A DNA stretch of 64,000 nucleotides from Micropepsales bacterium (GCA_038324265.1 JBBQHU010000010.1:1843-65842), one strand, 5' to 3'; counted from the first letter of the stretch, positions 50,479-61,777 are shown. Numbers and translations are program-made. Notes: generated from the letters alone by a model not told the origin.

Positions 50479-51615
50479 TCAGCAGATCGCGGCGCCCTGC
50501 ACACCCACCCGCAACAGATAGACCGATTGCGATCCGCACATCCACAGATAGTCGCGCTTGGGGCCGGCAAAGCACAGATTGGCGCAGACTTCGGGCAGGC
50601 GCACCCGGGCCAGCAGCTTGCCGGCCGGGCTCCACACCGTCACGCCGCAATAGCCGAGCGGGGCGGTCGAGCCGGACCAGACATTGCCGTACATGTCGAC
50701 GCGATGGCCGTCCGGGCCGCAATGCACGCCATCGACATCGCAGTTGGTGAAGACGCGCGGATTGGCCAGCTTGCCGCCCACCACATCGGCGACGCTGATG
50801 CCGGTGCCCCAGACATAATAGACCTTGGTGTAATCGGGCGAGAAGGCGATGCCGTTGGGCACCAGGCCGGGCTTGCCTTCCAGCATCACTTCGATCTTGC
50901 CGCTGGTATCGACACGGTAGATGCAGGGCGGACGCACCTGCTTCTGCGAACCGATGATGCCCGCCATGCCTTCGCCGATATGGGGATTGGCGACGCCGTC
51001 GCTGAACGGGCCGGGGGCCGGATCGGGATGTCCCTCGGCCAGCTGGCCACCATAATAAGGGTCGGTGAACCAGATCGATCCGTCCTTGTGCACGGCGATG
51101 TCGTTGGGCGAGTTCAGCGGCTGGCCGTCAAAGCTGTCGGCGATGACGGTGATGGTGCCGTCATGCTCGAAGCGGATGACGCGGCGCAGGCCATGCTGGG
51201 CGGAAATCTGGCGGCCCTGGAAATCGAAGGTGTTGCCGTTGGAATTGTAGCTGGGGCTGCGGAAGGCCGAGATCTGTCCGGTCTCCCAGATATAGCGATA
51301 CTGCTTGTCGCCGGTGACGTCGCTCCACACCACATACTGGCCTTCATTCGACCAGGCCGGGCCTTCCGCCCAGATCATGCCGGTGCCGACACGCTTGATG
51401 TTGGAGTGGCCGATGAAGAGTTTGCCCGCCTCTGGCGTCAGCAGAAGAATATCGGGATCGGGATAGGCGACCGGCGGCGCATCGGGCGCATAGCTGCGCC
51501 CTGTGAGGATGGAGGTGAGGGGCGCCATCTGCGCCTTGCCCTGTGCAAAGGCGGCGGTCGGCAGGCTCGCGGCAGCGCCGGCCAGCATCAGGCGGCGCGA
51601 CAGATGATCGGTCAT
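50479..51615 (-). CDS. Tat-exported SMP-30/gluconolactonase family protein, paralog 1
   Basis: SRRLML twin-arginine signal; WAEGPAW, SNGNTFD, NSPND, PNGIAFSPD, PDG, ANLCF; GGGAGG RBS before 51615. Confidence 0.9.
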   Translation of the reverse strand: MTDHLSRRLMLAGAAASLPTAAFAQGKAQMAPLTSILTGRSYAPDAPPVAYPDPDILLLTPEAGKLFIGHSNIKRVGTGMIWAEGPAWSNEGQYVVWSDVTGDKQYRYIWETGQISAFRSPSYNSNGNTFDFQGRQISAQHGLRRVIRFEHDGTITVIADSFDGQPLNSPNDIAVHKDGSIWFTDPYYGGQLAEGHPDPAPGPFSDGVANPHIGEGMAGIIGSQKQVRPPCIYRVDTSGKIEVMLEGKPGLVPNGIAFSPDYTKVYYVWGTGISVADVVGGKLANPRVFTNCDVDGVHCGPDGHRVDMYGNVWSGSTAPLGYCGVTVWSPAGKLLARVRLPEVCANLCFAGPKRDYLWMCGSQSVYLLRVGVQGAAIC

Positions 51616-51694
51616 GAAAAATCCTCCCAGCGGTGTTTTTGTTGGGGGGAGGGGAACCCGTGGCGTTGATGCTGTCAATGCCGAGTGCGCTGCA

Positions 51695-52858
51695 TCATCC
51701 CGGCGCCGCCCCTTGGATATTCACCCGCAGCATATAGATCGACGAGGTCGCGGTCATGAACAGATGGTCGCGCTTGGGCCCGGCGAAGCAGAGGTTCGCG
51801 CAGGGTTCGGGCAGGCGGATGCGACCGATCAGGGTGCCCTGCGGATTCCATACCGTGACACCGGCATAGCCGAGCACGGAAGCCGAGCTGCACCAGATGT
51901 TGCCGGCGCGATCGGCGCGCATGCCATCGGGGCCGCACTTGATGCCGTCCACCATGCAGTCGGTGAAGACCCGCAGGTTGGTGACCTTGGTGCCGACAAT
52001 GTCGCCCACCGTGATGCCGCCGCCGCGAATGACGTAGAGCTTGCTGTAGTCGGGCGAGAAGCACAGGCCATTGGGCGCCTTGCCCGCTTCGAACGGGACG
52101 GCGACGTCAACCTTGCCGCTGGGGTCCACGCGATAGACATTCATCGGCAATTGCTGGTGCATCGCGCCGGCCTTCTGGACGCCGACGCCGGTGTTGCCGA
52201 CGCTGGGGTCGCGCACGCCGCCCACATTCATCGGGCCGTCGCCGTCATCGGGATGGCCCTCGGCCAGGTTGCCGCCAAACTGGGGGTCGGTGAACCAGAT
52301 GCTGCCGTCCTTGTGCGGCACCACATCGTTGGGGGAGTTCAGCGGCTTGCCGTCATAGCTGTCGGCGATCACGGTCATCGATCCGTCGATCTCCCAGCGC
52401 ACCACGCGGCGGAAGAAATCCTGGGTGGAAATCTGGCGGCCCTGGAAGTCAAAGGTGTTTCCGTTGGTGGAATAGCTGGGCTTGCGGAAGGTGGTGACTT
52501 CGCCGGTCTCCCAGATGTGGCGATACTGGGTGTCGTTCTTCACGTCGCTGAAGATCGCGTACATCCCGTTGCTGCTCCAGGCGGGGCCTTCGGCCAGATG
52601 AAGCCCGGTATAAAGACGCCGGATCACTTCCTGGCCGATCAACAGGCTGCCGAAGGCAGGCGCAATCCGCAGCACATCGGGATCGGGCGAGAAAGCGGGC
52701 GGCGCGCCGGGGGAGAAATCGCGCGGCGGTTCGCTGATGACGGAGCGGGGCGTGCCCAGCAGCTTTGTATCGGCGGCCCAGCAATTGATCGGGCCAATGG
52801 CGGGTATGGCGCTGGCCGCGCCCGCCAGCATCAGGCGGCGATTGATGTGCTGCATCAC
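51695..52858 (-). CDS. Tat-exported SMP-30/gluconolactonase family protein, paralog 2
   Basis: NRRLML signal; AEGPAW, NSPND, PNGLCFSPD, PDGMRAD. Confidence 0.9.
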   Translation of the reverse strand: MMQHINRRLMLAGAASAIPAIGPINCWAADTKLLGTPRSVISEPPRDFSPGAPPAFSPDPDVLRIAPAFGSLLIGQEVIRRLYTGLHLAEGPAWSSNGMYAIFSDVKNDTQYRHIWETGEVTTFRKPSYSTNGNTFDFQGRQISTQDFFRRVVRWEIDGSMTVIADSYDGKPLNSPNDVVPHKDGSIWFTDPQFGGNLAEGHPDDGDGPMNVGGVRDPSVGNTGVGVQKAGAMHQQLPMNVYRVDPSGKVDVAVPFEAGKAPNGLCFSPDYSKLYVIRGGGITVGDIVGTKVTNLRVFTDCMVDGIKCGPDGMRADRAGNIWCSSASVLGYAGVTVWNPQGTLIGRIRLPEPCANLCFAGPKRDHLFMTATSSIYMLRVNIQGAAPG

Positions 52859-52906
52859 GATCCTCCCGGTCTTTTGGCTGGGAGCATGAAGCAGCCTTGC
52901 CGCCTG

Positions 52907-53695
52907 TCAATCCTCGGTGGCTTCGCGCACCTGCTGCGCCAGCTTGAGGGCGCTGGCCTGCATCTCGCGCACGATCAGCGCGCCACGTTCATTCAGCGGC
53001 GTCTTGGCGAGCAGGCGCGTGCCGGCTTCGATCGCGGCCAGGGTGTTGCGCATGTCGTGACCAAGGCCGCCCCGGAAACGTTCGCTGCGACGGGCATGAT
53101 CGCGTTCGGCCTGCGCCAGCTTGTGATGGGCATCGAGGTGGAAGGCGATCAGATCGGCGAACAGGTGGAACATGCCGGTGACAGCCGGATTGTTCAGGGT
53201 GTTGGGGCGCGGATCGATGGAGCAGAGCGTGCCGAAGAGGCTGCCATCGGCAAGAATGATCGGCACGGAAATATAGCTTTGGAAACCGTACAGCATCGGC
53301 GTGGGATGGTCGCGAAACCGGGGATCCTCGGCGACATGATCTATGGCCACGCCGGTCTTTGCGTCGCGGATCTCGCCGCAGATGGTGGTCTCAACCCACA
53401 ATTCGGCGCCGGGGACCAGACCGAAGGCGATATCGTCCTTGGAGGCGCAGCAGATCCAGCGGTCCTCGGTGACCCGCGCCACGGCCGCAAAGCGCATGCC
53501 GGTGGTGCGGCAGATCACTTCCAGGATGCTGGGCACCGCCGGGATGCCGGCGATGGCGTCCAGGTCGGCCTGGTAGGGATGCGGCGATATACGGTTGAGC
53601 AGGGAACACCTTTGCGCGTGACGGGATATGATACCGGGCCGGACGGCGGTAACGCCATTGCGGTCTTGGTACGGTCTGGAACCTTGCGCGCCCAA
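52907..53695 (-). CDS. GAF + HisKA(DHp) protein lacking the HATPase domain
   Basis: ILEVICRTTGMRFAAVARVT...HPTPMLYGFQSYISVPI...FGTLC (GAF); LGHDMRNTL H-box; stop soon after. True start probably near 53600. Confidence 0.75.
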   Translation of the reverse strand: MGAQGSRPYQDRNGVTAVRPGIISRHAQRCSLLNRISPHPYQADLDAIAGIPAVPSILEVICRTTGMRFAAVARVTEDRWICCASKDDIAFGLVPGAELWVETTICGEIRDAKTGVAIDHVAEDPRFRDHPTPMLYGFQSYISVPIILADGSLFGTLCSIDPRPNTLNNPAVTGMFHLFADLIAFHLDAHHKLAQAERDHARRSERFRGGLGHDMRNTLAAIEAGTRLLAKTPLNERGALIVREMQASALKLAQQVREATED

Positions 53696-53718
53696 TGTGC
53701 CCGGAGTTTGCCCGGAGT

Positions 53719-53748
53719 TTGACAGTGTGGTGTTGGGGGCCTAAAAAC
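53719..53748 (+). promoter_or_regulatory. Housekeeping sigma70 promoter of ffh
   Basis: TTGACA ... GCCTAAAA, preceded by tandem TGCCCGGAGTT x2. Confidence 0.5.
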
Positions 53749-53777
53749 CCGCCCAATTCCGGAAAGGCACAGCTTTT

Positions 53778-53882
53778 CCGGTCCCCCGCCTGGCGCGGGG
53801 GATCGCCCCCAGGCAGCGCGTTGCGCCCCCTGGGGCGAAATCGTTTGTGATTTCGCGCGCTCATAAAGGGCGAAATCGTTTG
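53778..53882 (+). ncRNA. Structured ffh 5' leader
   Basis: Successive hairpins (TCCCCCGC/GCGGGGGA; CCCCAGG...CCTGGGG; GCGAAATC/GATTTCGC); an ffh-leader RNA family is known in Alphaproteobacteria. Confidence 0.45.
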
Positions 53883-53908
53883 GAATAAGTGTCTGGAGTT
53901 ATTGGTAA

Positions 53909-55282
53909 TTGTTTGAATCCTTACAGTCCCGCCTGACCGGCGTCTTTGACAAGCTTCGCGGGCGCGGTGCCCTCAGCGAAGCCGATGTCGATGCCGCGCT
54001 GGCAGAGGTGCGCACCGCGCTGGTCGAGGCCGACGTGGCCCTCAGCGTGGTCAAGGACTTCATCGACAAGGTGCGCCCGCGCGCCATCGGCGAAAACGTC
54101 ATCCGTTCGGTGTCGCCCGGCCAGCAGGTCATAAAGATCGTGCACGATGTGCTCGTCGAGACCCTGGGCAGCGAAAATGAAACCCTGAACATCGGCTCGC
54201 CGCCCGCGCCGATCCTGATGGTGGGTCTGCAGGGCTCGGGCAAGACCACCACATCCGCGAAATTGGGTCTGCTGCTGCAGACCAAGGACAAGAAGCGCGT
54301 CCTGATGGCGTCGCTGGACACCACCCGTCCTGCCGCCATGGAGCAATTGCGGGTGCTGGGCGAACAGGCCGGCATCGCCACCTTGCCGATCATCGCCGGA
54401 CAGGATCCGCTGGCCATCGCCAGGCGCGCCATCGCCAGTGCCAAGGTCGGCGGTTATGACGCCGTGATCCTGGACACCGCCGGCCGCCAGCATGTCGATG
54501 CGCAGCTGATGGCCGAAGTCGCCGCCGTCAAGGCGCTGGCGAACCCGCATGAAACCCTGCTGGTGGCGGACTCGCTGACCGGCCAGGACGCGGTGAACAT
54601 CGCCAAGTCCTTCAACGACACCGTCGGCATCACCGGCATCATCCTCACCCGCGTAGACGGCGATGGCCGCGGCGGTGCCGCGCTGTCCATGCGCAGCGTT
54701 ACCGGCGCGCCGATCAAGTTCCTGGGCGCCGGCGAAAAGCTGGACGCGCTGGAAGCCTTCCATCCGGCGCGCGTTGCGGGCCGCATCCTGGACATGGGCG
54801 ATGTCGTGTCGCTGGTCGAACGCGCCAGCGAGACCATCGACAAGGAAGAGGCGGAGAAGCTCGCCGCCAAGATGAAAAAGGGTCAGTTCGACATGAACGA
54901 CCTGAAGTCCCAGCTGAACCAGATGAAGAAGCTGGGCGGCATGAAGGGCGTGTTGGGCATGCTGCCCGGCGTCGGCAAGATCAAGGACCAGCTGGATGCG
55001 GCTGGACTGGACGACAAGATTCTCACCCGCCAGGAAGCCATCATCGGCTCGATGACAAGGCAGGAACGCGGTGACCCCGACCTGATCAACGGCTCGCGCA
55101 GGAAGCGCATTGCGGCCGGCGCAGGCGTGGAAGTCAGCGAAGTGAACAAGCTTCTGAAGATGCATCGCCAGATGGCGGACATGATGAAGAAAATGGGCAA
55201 GGGCGGCCGCATGCCGCAAATGCCCGGCATGGGCGGAATGCCCGGTGGATTACCGCCCGGAATGTTTCCGGGTCGGCGTTGA
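53909..55282 (+). CDS. ffh: Signal recognition particle protein
   Basis: MFESLQSRL, GLQGSGKTT, DTAGR, DGDGRGGAALS, Met-rich M domain. Confidence 0.97.
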   Translation: MFESLQSRLTGVFDKLRGRGALSEADVDAALAEVRTALVEADVALSVVKDFIDKVRPRAIGENVIRSVSPGQQVIKIVHDVLVETLGSENETLNIGSPPAPILMVGLQGSGKTTTSAKLGLLLQTKDKKRVLMASLDTTRPAAMEQLRVLGEQAGIATLPIIAGQDPLAIARRAIASAKVGGYDAVILDTAGRQHVDAQLMAEVAAVKALANPHETLLVADSLTGQDAVNIAKSFNDTVGITGIILTRVDGDGRGGAALSMRSVTGAPIKFLGAGEKLDALEAFHPARVAGRILDMGDVVSLVERASETIDKEEAEKLAAKMKKGQFDMNDLKSQLNQMKKLGGMKGVLGMLPGVGKIKDQLDAAGLDDKILTRQEAIIGSMTRQERGDPDLINGSRRKRIAAGAGVEVSEVNKLLKMHRQMADMMKKMGKGGRMPQMPGMGGMPGGLPPGMFPGRR

Positions 55283-55312
55283 TTTAATCGTTTAACTGCA
55301 AGGAAAACTGAC

Positions 55313-55672
55313 ATGGCTCTTCGTATTCGTCTTGCCCGCGGCGGCACCAAGAAGCGTCCGCACTACAATATCGTGATCGCCGACAGCCGCAATCCGCGCG
55401 ACGGCCGCTTCATCGAGAAGATCGGCTTCTACAATCCGCTGCTGCCGTCCGATCATGCCGACCGCATCAAGCTGAACCTGGAATCGGCCAAGGCCTGGAT
55501 CGTCAAGGGCGCCGTGGCGTCCGACCGCGTCCACAAGATGCTGGCCAAGGAAGGCCTGGTGAAGGCCCGCGTGCACAACAATCCCACCAAGGCCCAGCCC
55601 AAGAAGAAGGCGCAGGAACGCGCTGCGGCTGCCGCCAAGCTGGCCGAGACCGCCGAAGCGCCCGCCGCCTAG
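55313..55672 (+). CDS. rpsP: 30S ribosomal protein S16
   Basis: [34 protein letters not shown]. Confidence 0.97.
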   Translation: MALRIRLARGGTKKRPHYNIVIADSRNPRDGRFIEKIGFYNPLLPSDHADRIKLNLESAKAWIVKGAVASDRVHKMLAKEGLVKARVHNNPTKAQPKKKAQERAAAAAKLAETAEAPAA

Positions 55673-56190
55673 TGGCGAAGGACGTTCTTCTTGCCGCCGT
55701 CATGGGCGCGCAGGGTTTGAAGGGCGAGGTGAAGGTGAAGACCTTCACCCACCAGCCCGACGGCCTGTCGCGCTATGCCACGCTGCATGCCAAGGACGGC
55801 CGCACGTTCACGATCACCGCCTTTCGCCCGTCAAAACCGGGCGAGGCGGTGATTGCGTTTGCGGAAGTCCGTGACCGCACGTCCGCAGAAGGCCTGCGCG
55901 GCACCGAGCTGTACGTGGCGCGCGACGCGCTGCCGCCGGCGGAGGAAGACGAATTCTACCATGCCGACCTGGTCGGGCTGGAAGCGCGCGACAGCGAAGG
56001 CCGCATGCTGGGCAAGGTCGCCGCCATCCACAATTTCGGCGCCAGCGACGTGATCGAACTGACGCGTGCGGATGGCGACAGCGTGCATCTGGCCTTTACG
56101 CGCGAGACCGTACCGCACATCCATGTCGCGGACGGCTATATCGTCGTGGCGGTGCCCGAAGACGATGACGGTACGGACCATGTCGAGTAG
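55672..56190 (+). CDS. rimM: Ribosome maturation factor RimM
   Basis: [25 protein letters not shown]. Confidence 0.93.
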   Translation: MAKDVLLAAVMGAQGLKGEVKVKTFTHQPDGLSRYATLHAKDGRTFTITAFRPSKPGEAVIAFAEVRDRTSAEGLRGTELYVARDALPPAEEDEFYHADLVGLEARDSEGRMLGKVAAIHNFGASDVIELTRADGDSVHLAFTRETVPHIHVADGYIVVAVPEDDDGTDHVE

Positions 56191-56902
56191 CTGGTCCGCC
56201 ACCGTCCTCACGCTTTTTCCCGACATGTTCCCCGGGCCGCTCGGCCACTCGCTGCTGGGCAAGGCATCGTCGAACGGATTGTGGTCGCTGGACGTGCGCG
56301 ACATTCGCGATCATGGCCTGGGCAAGCATCGCACGGTGGATGATACGCCTGCCGGCGGCGGTCCCGGCATGGTGATGCGCGCCGATGTGGCGGCCGCTGC
56401 CATCGACGCGGTGGACCGCGCTGACCGTCCGCTGATCTACCTGTCGCCGCGCGGCGCGCCGCTGACCCAGGCGCGGGTGCGCGAACTGGCGGCCGGGCCC
56501 GGCGCCATCCTGCTGTGCGGCCGCTTTGAAGGCCTGGACCAGCGGGTGATCGAGGCCCGGAACATCGAGGAAGTGAGTCTGGGCGACTTTGTGCTGGCGG
56601 GGGGCGAAATCGCCGCCATGGCGCTGGTGGAGGCCGTGGTGCGGCTGATCCCGGGCGTGCTGGGCGACCATGCCTCCACGTCCGAGGAAAGCTTCAGTTC
56701 CGGGCTGCTGGAATACCCCCATTATACCCGCCCCCAGGATTTCGAGGGCCGGCCCGTTCCGGCTGTGCTAAATAACGGAAATCACAAGGAAATTGCCAAA
56801 TTCCGCCAGTCGGAATCCGAGCGCCTGACCCGGGAGCGCCGCCCCGACCTCTGGTCTCTTCACGAAAAGGCCCAGAAACCCTTTGAAAAAGACCGCCGCT
56901 AG
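56180..56902 (+). CDS. trmD: tRNA (guanine37-N1)-methyltransferase
   Basis: [51 protein letters not shown]. Confidence 0.95.
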   Translation: MSSSWSATVLTLFPDMFPGPLGHSLLGKASSNGLWSLDVRDIRDHGLGKHRTVDDTPAGGGPGMVMRADVAAAAIDAVDRADRPLIYLSPRGAPLTQARVRELAAGPGAILLCGRFEGLDQRVIEARNIEEVSLGDFVLAGGEIAAMALVEAVVRLIPGVLGDHASTSEESFSSGLLEYPHYTRPQDFEGRPVPAVLNNGNHKEIAKFRQSESERLTRERRPDLWSLHEKAQKPFEKDRR

Positions 56903-56955
56903 GCTATATGCCCCGGCTCGATTGACGTTTTACGACCGACCGAAAGACCAAGACA

Positions 56956-57372
56956 ATGAACCTTTTGCAGACGCTCGAAGCCGAACAGATGGCCACCGTG
57001 CGCACCAAGGCGCTTCCCGACTTCCGTCCGGGCGACACCCTCAAGGTCAACGTCAAGGTGGTCGACGTGACCTATGACGAGAAGGCCAAGGCCAACAAGA
57101 CCCGCGAACGCATCCAGGCGTTCGAAGGCGTCTGCATCGCCCGCCAGGGCGCCGGCCTGAACGAGGCCTTCACGGTCCGCAAGCTGAGCTATGGCGAAGG
57201 CGTGGAACGCGTCTTCCCGATCTATTCCCCGCTGGTCGACTCGGTTGTCGTCGTGCGCAAGGGCAAGGTGCGTCGCGCCAAGCTCTATTATCTGCGCGGC
57301 CGCACCGGCAAGTCCGCCCGCATCACCGAGCGCACCGATCACGTCGCTCCGACCCCGGAAGCGGCCGCCTAA
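56956..57372 (+). CDS. rplS: 50S ribosomal protein L19
   Basis: [35 protein letters not shown]. Confidence 0.97.
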   Translation: MNLLQTLEAEQMATVRTKALPDFRPGDTLKVNVKVVDVTYDEKAKANKTRERIQAFEGVCIARQGAGLNEAFTVRKLSYGEGVERVFPIYSPLVDSVVVVRKGKVRRAKLYYLRGRTGKSARITERTDHVAPTPEAAA

Positions 57373-57392
57373 AAACCGCCAAACACCTTCAA

Positions 57393-57429
57393 AATCGGGC
57401 CGCGCGGGCTTTGTTCGCGCGGCCCGATT
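57393..57429 (+). terminator. Hairpin terminator after rplS
   Basis: AATCGGGCCGCGCG...CGCGCGGCCCGATT followed by GCTTTT. Confidence 0.7.
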
Positions 57430-57586
57430 GCTTTTGGGCGCCCAAAAGCCCCGGAAAATGGGGCTTTTGTGTCTATATGTGCGTAAAGGCCCATTTTATA
57501 GTGGTTTTGTGAAACTGGACCACACGCGGTTGCAGGAAATGCCGTAAAATCGGGCGCATCTGTTGATTCGTTAGAGGGAGAATCCT

Positions 57587-57919
57587 ATGGCCACCAAAGC
57601 CAAAGCTACCAAGACTGCCACCAAGACTGCCGTCGCCAAGGTCGAAACTGTTTCGACCCGCAATCTCGCCAGCCAGCTGGCCGAGAAGCATGAACTGTCC
57701 CAGAAGCTCGCCAATACCATCCTCGAAGATGTGATTGGCCTGGTCACCAAGCACCTGAAGAAGGGCGCTCGCATTCGCCTGAACGGCCTGGGCATCCTGG
57801 TCGTCCGCAAGCGTGGTCCGCGCATGGGCCGCAACCCGGCGACCGGCGAAGCCATCAAGATCAAGGCGTCCAAGAAGGTTGCGTTCCGCGCCTCCAAGGA
57901 ACTGAAGGAAGCCATCTAA
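57587..57919 (+). CDS. HU family DNA-binding protein with K/A/T-rich N-tail
   Basis: IRLNGLGIL...RMGRNPATGEAIKIKASKKVAFRASKELK. Confidence 0.92.
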   Translation: MATKAKATKTATKTAVAKVETVSTRNLASQLAEKHELSQKLANTILEDVIGLVTKHLKKGARIRLNGLGILVVRKRGPRMGRNPATGEAIKIKASKKVAFRASKELKEAI

Positions 57920-57944
57920 GGCTTCTTTCTTCTCGCTGAGAGAA

Positions 57945-57980
57945 AAAAGGCCGGACATTCATTTGTCCGGCCTTTTCTTT
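57945..57980 (+). terminator. Rho-independent terminator
   Basis: AAAAGGCCGGACA-TTCATT-TGTCCGGCCTTTTCTTT. Confidence 0.85.
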
Positions 57981-57999
57981 TGCCTTGCCTGTGTCGCAT

Positions 58000-58016
58000 A
58001 TACCCCATAGGGGTAT
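58000..58016. promoter_or_regulatory. CsoR/RcnR-type operator
   Basis: Palindrome ATACCCC-ATA-GGGGTAT overlapping the regulator's start codon. Confidence 0.8.
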
Positions 58017-58296
58017 GGCCATGGCCCCCCCCCACGATCCCAAGCTTCTTGCCCGTCTTGCCCGCATTCAGGGCCAGGTCGGCGGCATCGCGCGCATGAT
58101 CGAGGACGATCGCTATTGCATCGACATCCTCACCCAGATGCAGGCCGTCAAGTCGGCGCTGCGCAAAGTCGAGGATGAACTGCTCAAAAGCCATTCCAGC
58201 CATTGCGTCGCCAATGCCATCAAGAGCGGCAATATGCGGGATGCGCGCCAGAAATTCACCGAGCTTGTTGACCTGTTCAGCAAGACATCCCGCTAG
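58015..58296 (+). CDS. csoR: CsoR/RcnR family metal-sensing repressor
   Basis: RLARIQGQVGGIARMIEDDRYCIDIL...HSSHCV (C-H-C ligands); start 58015 or 58021. Confidence 0.85.
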   Translation: MAMAPPHDPKLLARLARIQGQVGGIARMIEDDRYCIDILTQMQAVKSALRKVEDELLKSHSSHCVANAIKSGNMRDARQKFTELVDLFSKTSR

Positions 58297-58305
58297 AGAG
58301 CCCCC

Positions 58306-59595
58306 ATGCGCCGCATCCTGTTGCTTCTGCTCGCTTGCGCCACGCCGGCCTTCGCCCAGGCCATGTCGCATGACATGGCGGGGATGAACCACGACATGGC
58401 CGGCATGGACCACGACATGGCGGGCATGTCTTCGCACGGCATGGCGATGCACGGTCTGCTGGGCGGTTATGGCATGTCGCGCGAAGCCAGCGGCACCAGT
58501 TGGCAGCCACAGGCGGCGCCCCATGCCGGCATCCACATGATGGCCGATGACTGGATGGTGATGCTGCATGGCAAGGTCACCGGCGTTGCCGACTGGCAGT
58601 CGGGCCCGCGCGGCGACGACCAGATACTGTCCCAGTCGATGGTGATGGCGATGGCGACCAGGGATCTGGAAAGCGGTGACACGCTGGGGCTGAAGGCAAT
58701 GCTGTCGGGCGATCCCTTCATGGGGCGGCGGGGGTTTCCGCTGCTGCTGGCCAGCGGCGAGACCGCCGACGGCGTCACCCACCTGGTGGACCGCCAGCAT
58801 CCCCACGACATGCTGATGGAGCTGGCCGCCACTTACAGTTATCCGGTGTCCGCGACCGACAGCGTCTTTCTTTATGGCGGCTATCCGGGCGAACCGGCGC
58901 TGGGCCCGTCCGCCTACATGCATCGCATCTCGGCGGTGGACAATCCGATGACGCCGATCAGCCATCACTGGCTGGATTCCAGCCATGTCACCTTCGGCGT
59001 CCTGACCGCAGGTTACGTGCATGACGATCTCAAGCTGGAAGTCTCGCAATTCACCGGCCGCGAGCCGGACCAGCATCGCTTCAATTTCGATCGCGCGACT
59101 TTTGATTCCACTGCCGCGCGGATTTCGTGGAATCCGGATTCCAATTGGTCCTTGCAGGCCTCTGCCGGCTGGCTGAAAAGCCCCGAACAGCTGGAAGCCG
59201 ACATCAACGAGCGCCGCATCACCGTCAGCGCCACATACTTCAAGCAGTTCGATTTCGGATCGCTGGCCGCCACTGTCGCCTTCGGCAACAAGCATCTCAG
59301 TGACGGCATCGACGAAAGCGCCGGCCTGTTCGAAGCCGAATTCAAGCCGGATGACGCCTGGACGCTGTTTGCCCGCGCCGAAACCCTTGGCAGCACCGAG
59401 CTTGTGCCGGGCCCTGCCGTGCGCGGCGCCGGCGAGATCAGCTTTGGCGCCATCCATGACTGGCGGCTGGCAGAACATTGGAAGTTCGGCATTGGTGGGC
59501 TTTACGCTGCCGATTTCGCGCCGTCGTCGCCAACCGCTTCTTATGGCGACAACCCGCACGGCGTGAGGGGGTTTGTCCGACTGGTGGCAGAATAA
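58306..59595 (+). CDS. Secreted/outer-membrane protein with Met/His-rich N-terminus, probably metal-related
   Basis: Signal peptide; (HDMAGMx)3; SGTSWQP, DRQHPHD, GEPALGP, HHWLDSSH; amphipathic beta-strand pattern. Confidence 0.75.
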   Translation: MRRILLLLLACATPAFAQAMSHDMAGMNHDMAGMDHDMAGMSSHGMAMHGLLGGYGMSREASGTSWQPQAAPHAGIHMMADDWMVMLHGKVTGVADWQSGPRGDDQILSQSMVMAMATRDLESGDTLGLKAMLSGDPFMGRRGFPLLLASGETADGVTHLVDRQHPHDMLMELAATYSYPVSATDSVFLYGGYPGEPALGPSAYMHRISAVDNPMTPISHHWLDSSHVTFGVLTAGYVHDDLKLEVSQFTGREPDQHRFNFDRATFDSTAARISWNPDSNWSLQASAGWLKSPEQLEADINERRITVSATYFKQFDFGSLAATVAFGNKHLSDGIDESAGLFEAEFKPDDAWTLFARAETLGSTELVPGPAVRGAGEISFGAIHDWRLAEHWKFGIGGLYAADFAPSSPTASYGDNPHGVRGFVRLVAE

Positions 59596-59640
59596 TTTTC
59601 CGATTGGCGGAACGAAGGAGAATGTTGCGCGTTTTCCATC

Positions 59641-60727
59641 CATGGCCAGTTGGAATGCGCTGATAGCCTGGGTCCCGCCATGGCTGGAGGCCCTGGCACT
59701 TTTTGTGGTGATCGGCGCGTTCGGCGTGGTGGTACACAGTCTGCTGCTGCGCTTTGTGGCGCGTCGCCCGCCGACCTGGCATCCCTTCCTGCGGCATGCC
59801 TTGACCCGCTCGCGGCGCCTGGTGCGCTTCATGATCCTGTTGTTCGCGGCCGGGATGGCTGCGGGTTTTTTGCCGATGAGCACGCACGCCGCCGCCAATG
59901 TGCGCCATGTCTTCATCGCACTGTTCATCGTCCAGTTGGGCTGGATCGCGGCGGTCGTCACCAACCTGGCGATGGACCGTTATGTCGGCCGGCTGGACAT
60001 GAAGGCCAGCGACAATCTTTCGGCGCGCAAGGCCGCCACCCAGATGCGGATTTTCCGTCAGGCCATCAACGTGATGCTGGCGCTTCTGACCGCCGCTTTC
60101 GCGATGATGAGCTTCGATGCGGTACGCCAGATCGGCGTGTCGCTGTTTGCCAGCGCCGGCGTGGCGGGAATCGTGGCGGGCATGGCGGCGCGGCCCATGC
60201 TGGAAAACCTGATCGCCGGCGTGCAGCTGGCGCTGACCCAGCCGCTGCGGCGGGAAGATGCCGTGGTGATCAACAAGGAATGGGGCTGGGTGGAGGAGAT
60301 CAACTCCACCTATATCGTGGTGCGGCTGTGGGACTGGCGCCGTCAGGTGGTGCCGCTGTCCTATCTGTTCCAGAATCCCTTCACCAACTGGACGCGCAAT
60401 TCCTCCTCCATCATCGGCACGGTACTGGTCTATGCCGACTTTTCGCTGCCGATGGACGCGGTGCGCGAAAAGGCGACTGAGATCGTCAAGGCTTCGCCCC
60501 TGTGGGACGGGCAGGTGGTGAACATCCAGGTCTCCGATGCGCGCGAGCAGGTGATGGAGGTCCGGGTGCTGGCCTCGGCCTCGGATTCCCCGCGCGCCTG
60601 GGACCTGCGCTGCGAGGTCCGCGAAAAGCTGATCGCCTTCATCCGCGACACCTATCCCGACAGCCTGCCGCGCATGCGCCGCGAGGAATTCCCCATGGCG
60701 GGGCCGGAAGGGCAAACCCCTGTATAA
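59641..60727 (+). CDS. MscS family mechanosensitive channel
   Basis: SLFASAGVAGIVAGMAA, NLIAGVQLAL, GWVEEI, PFTNWT; start uncertain. Confidence 0.88.
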
Positions 60728-61777
<1,050 letters not shown>

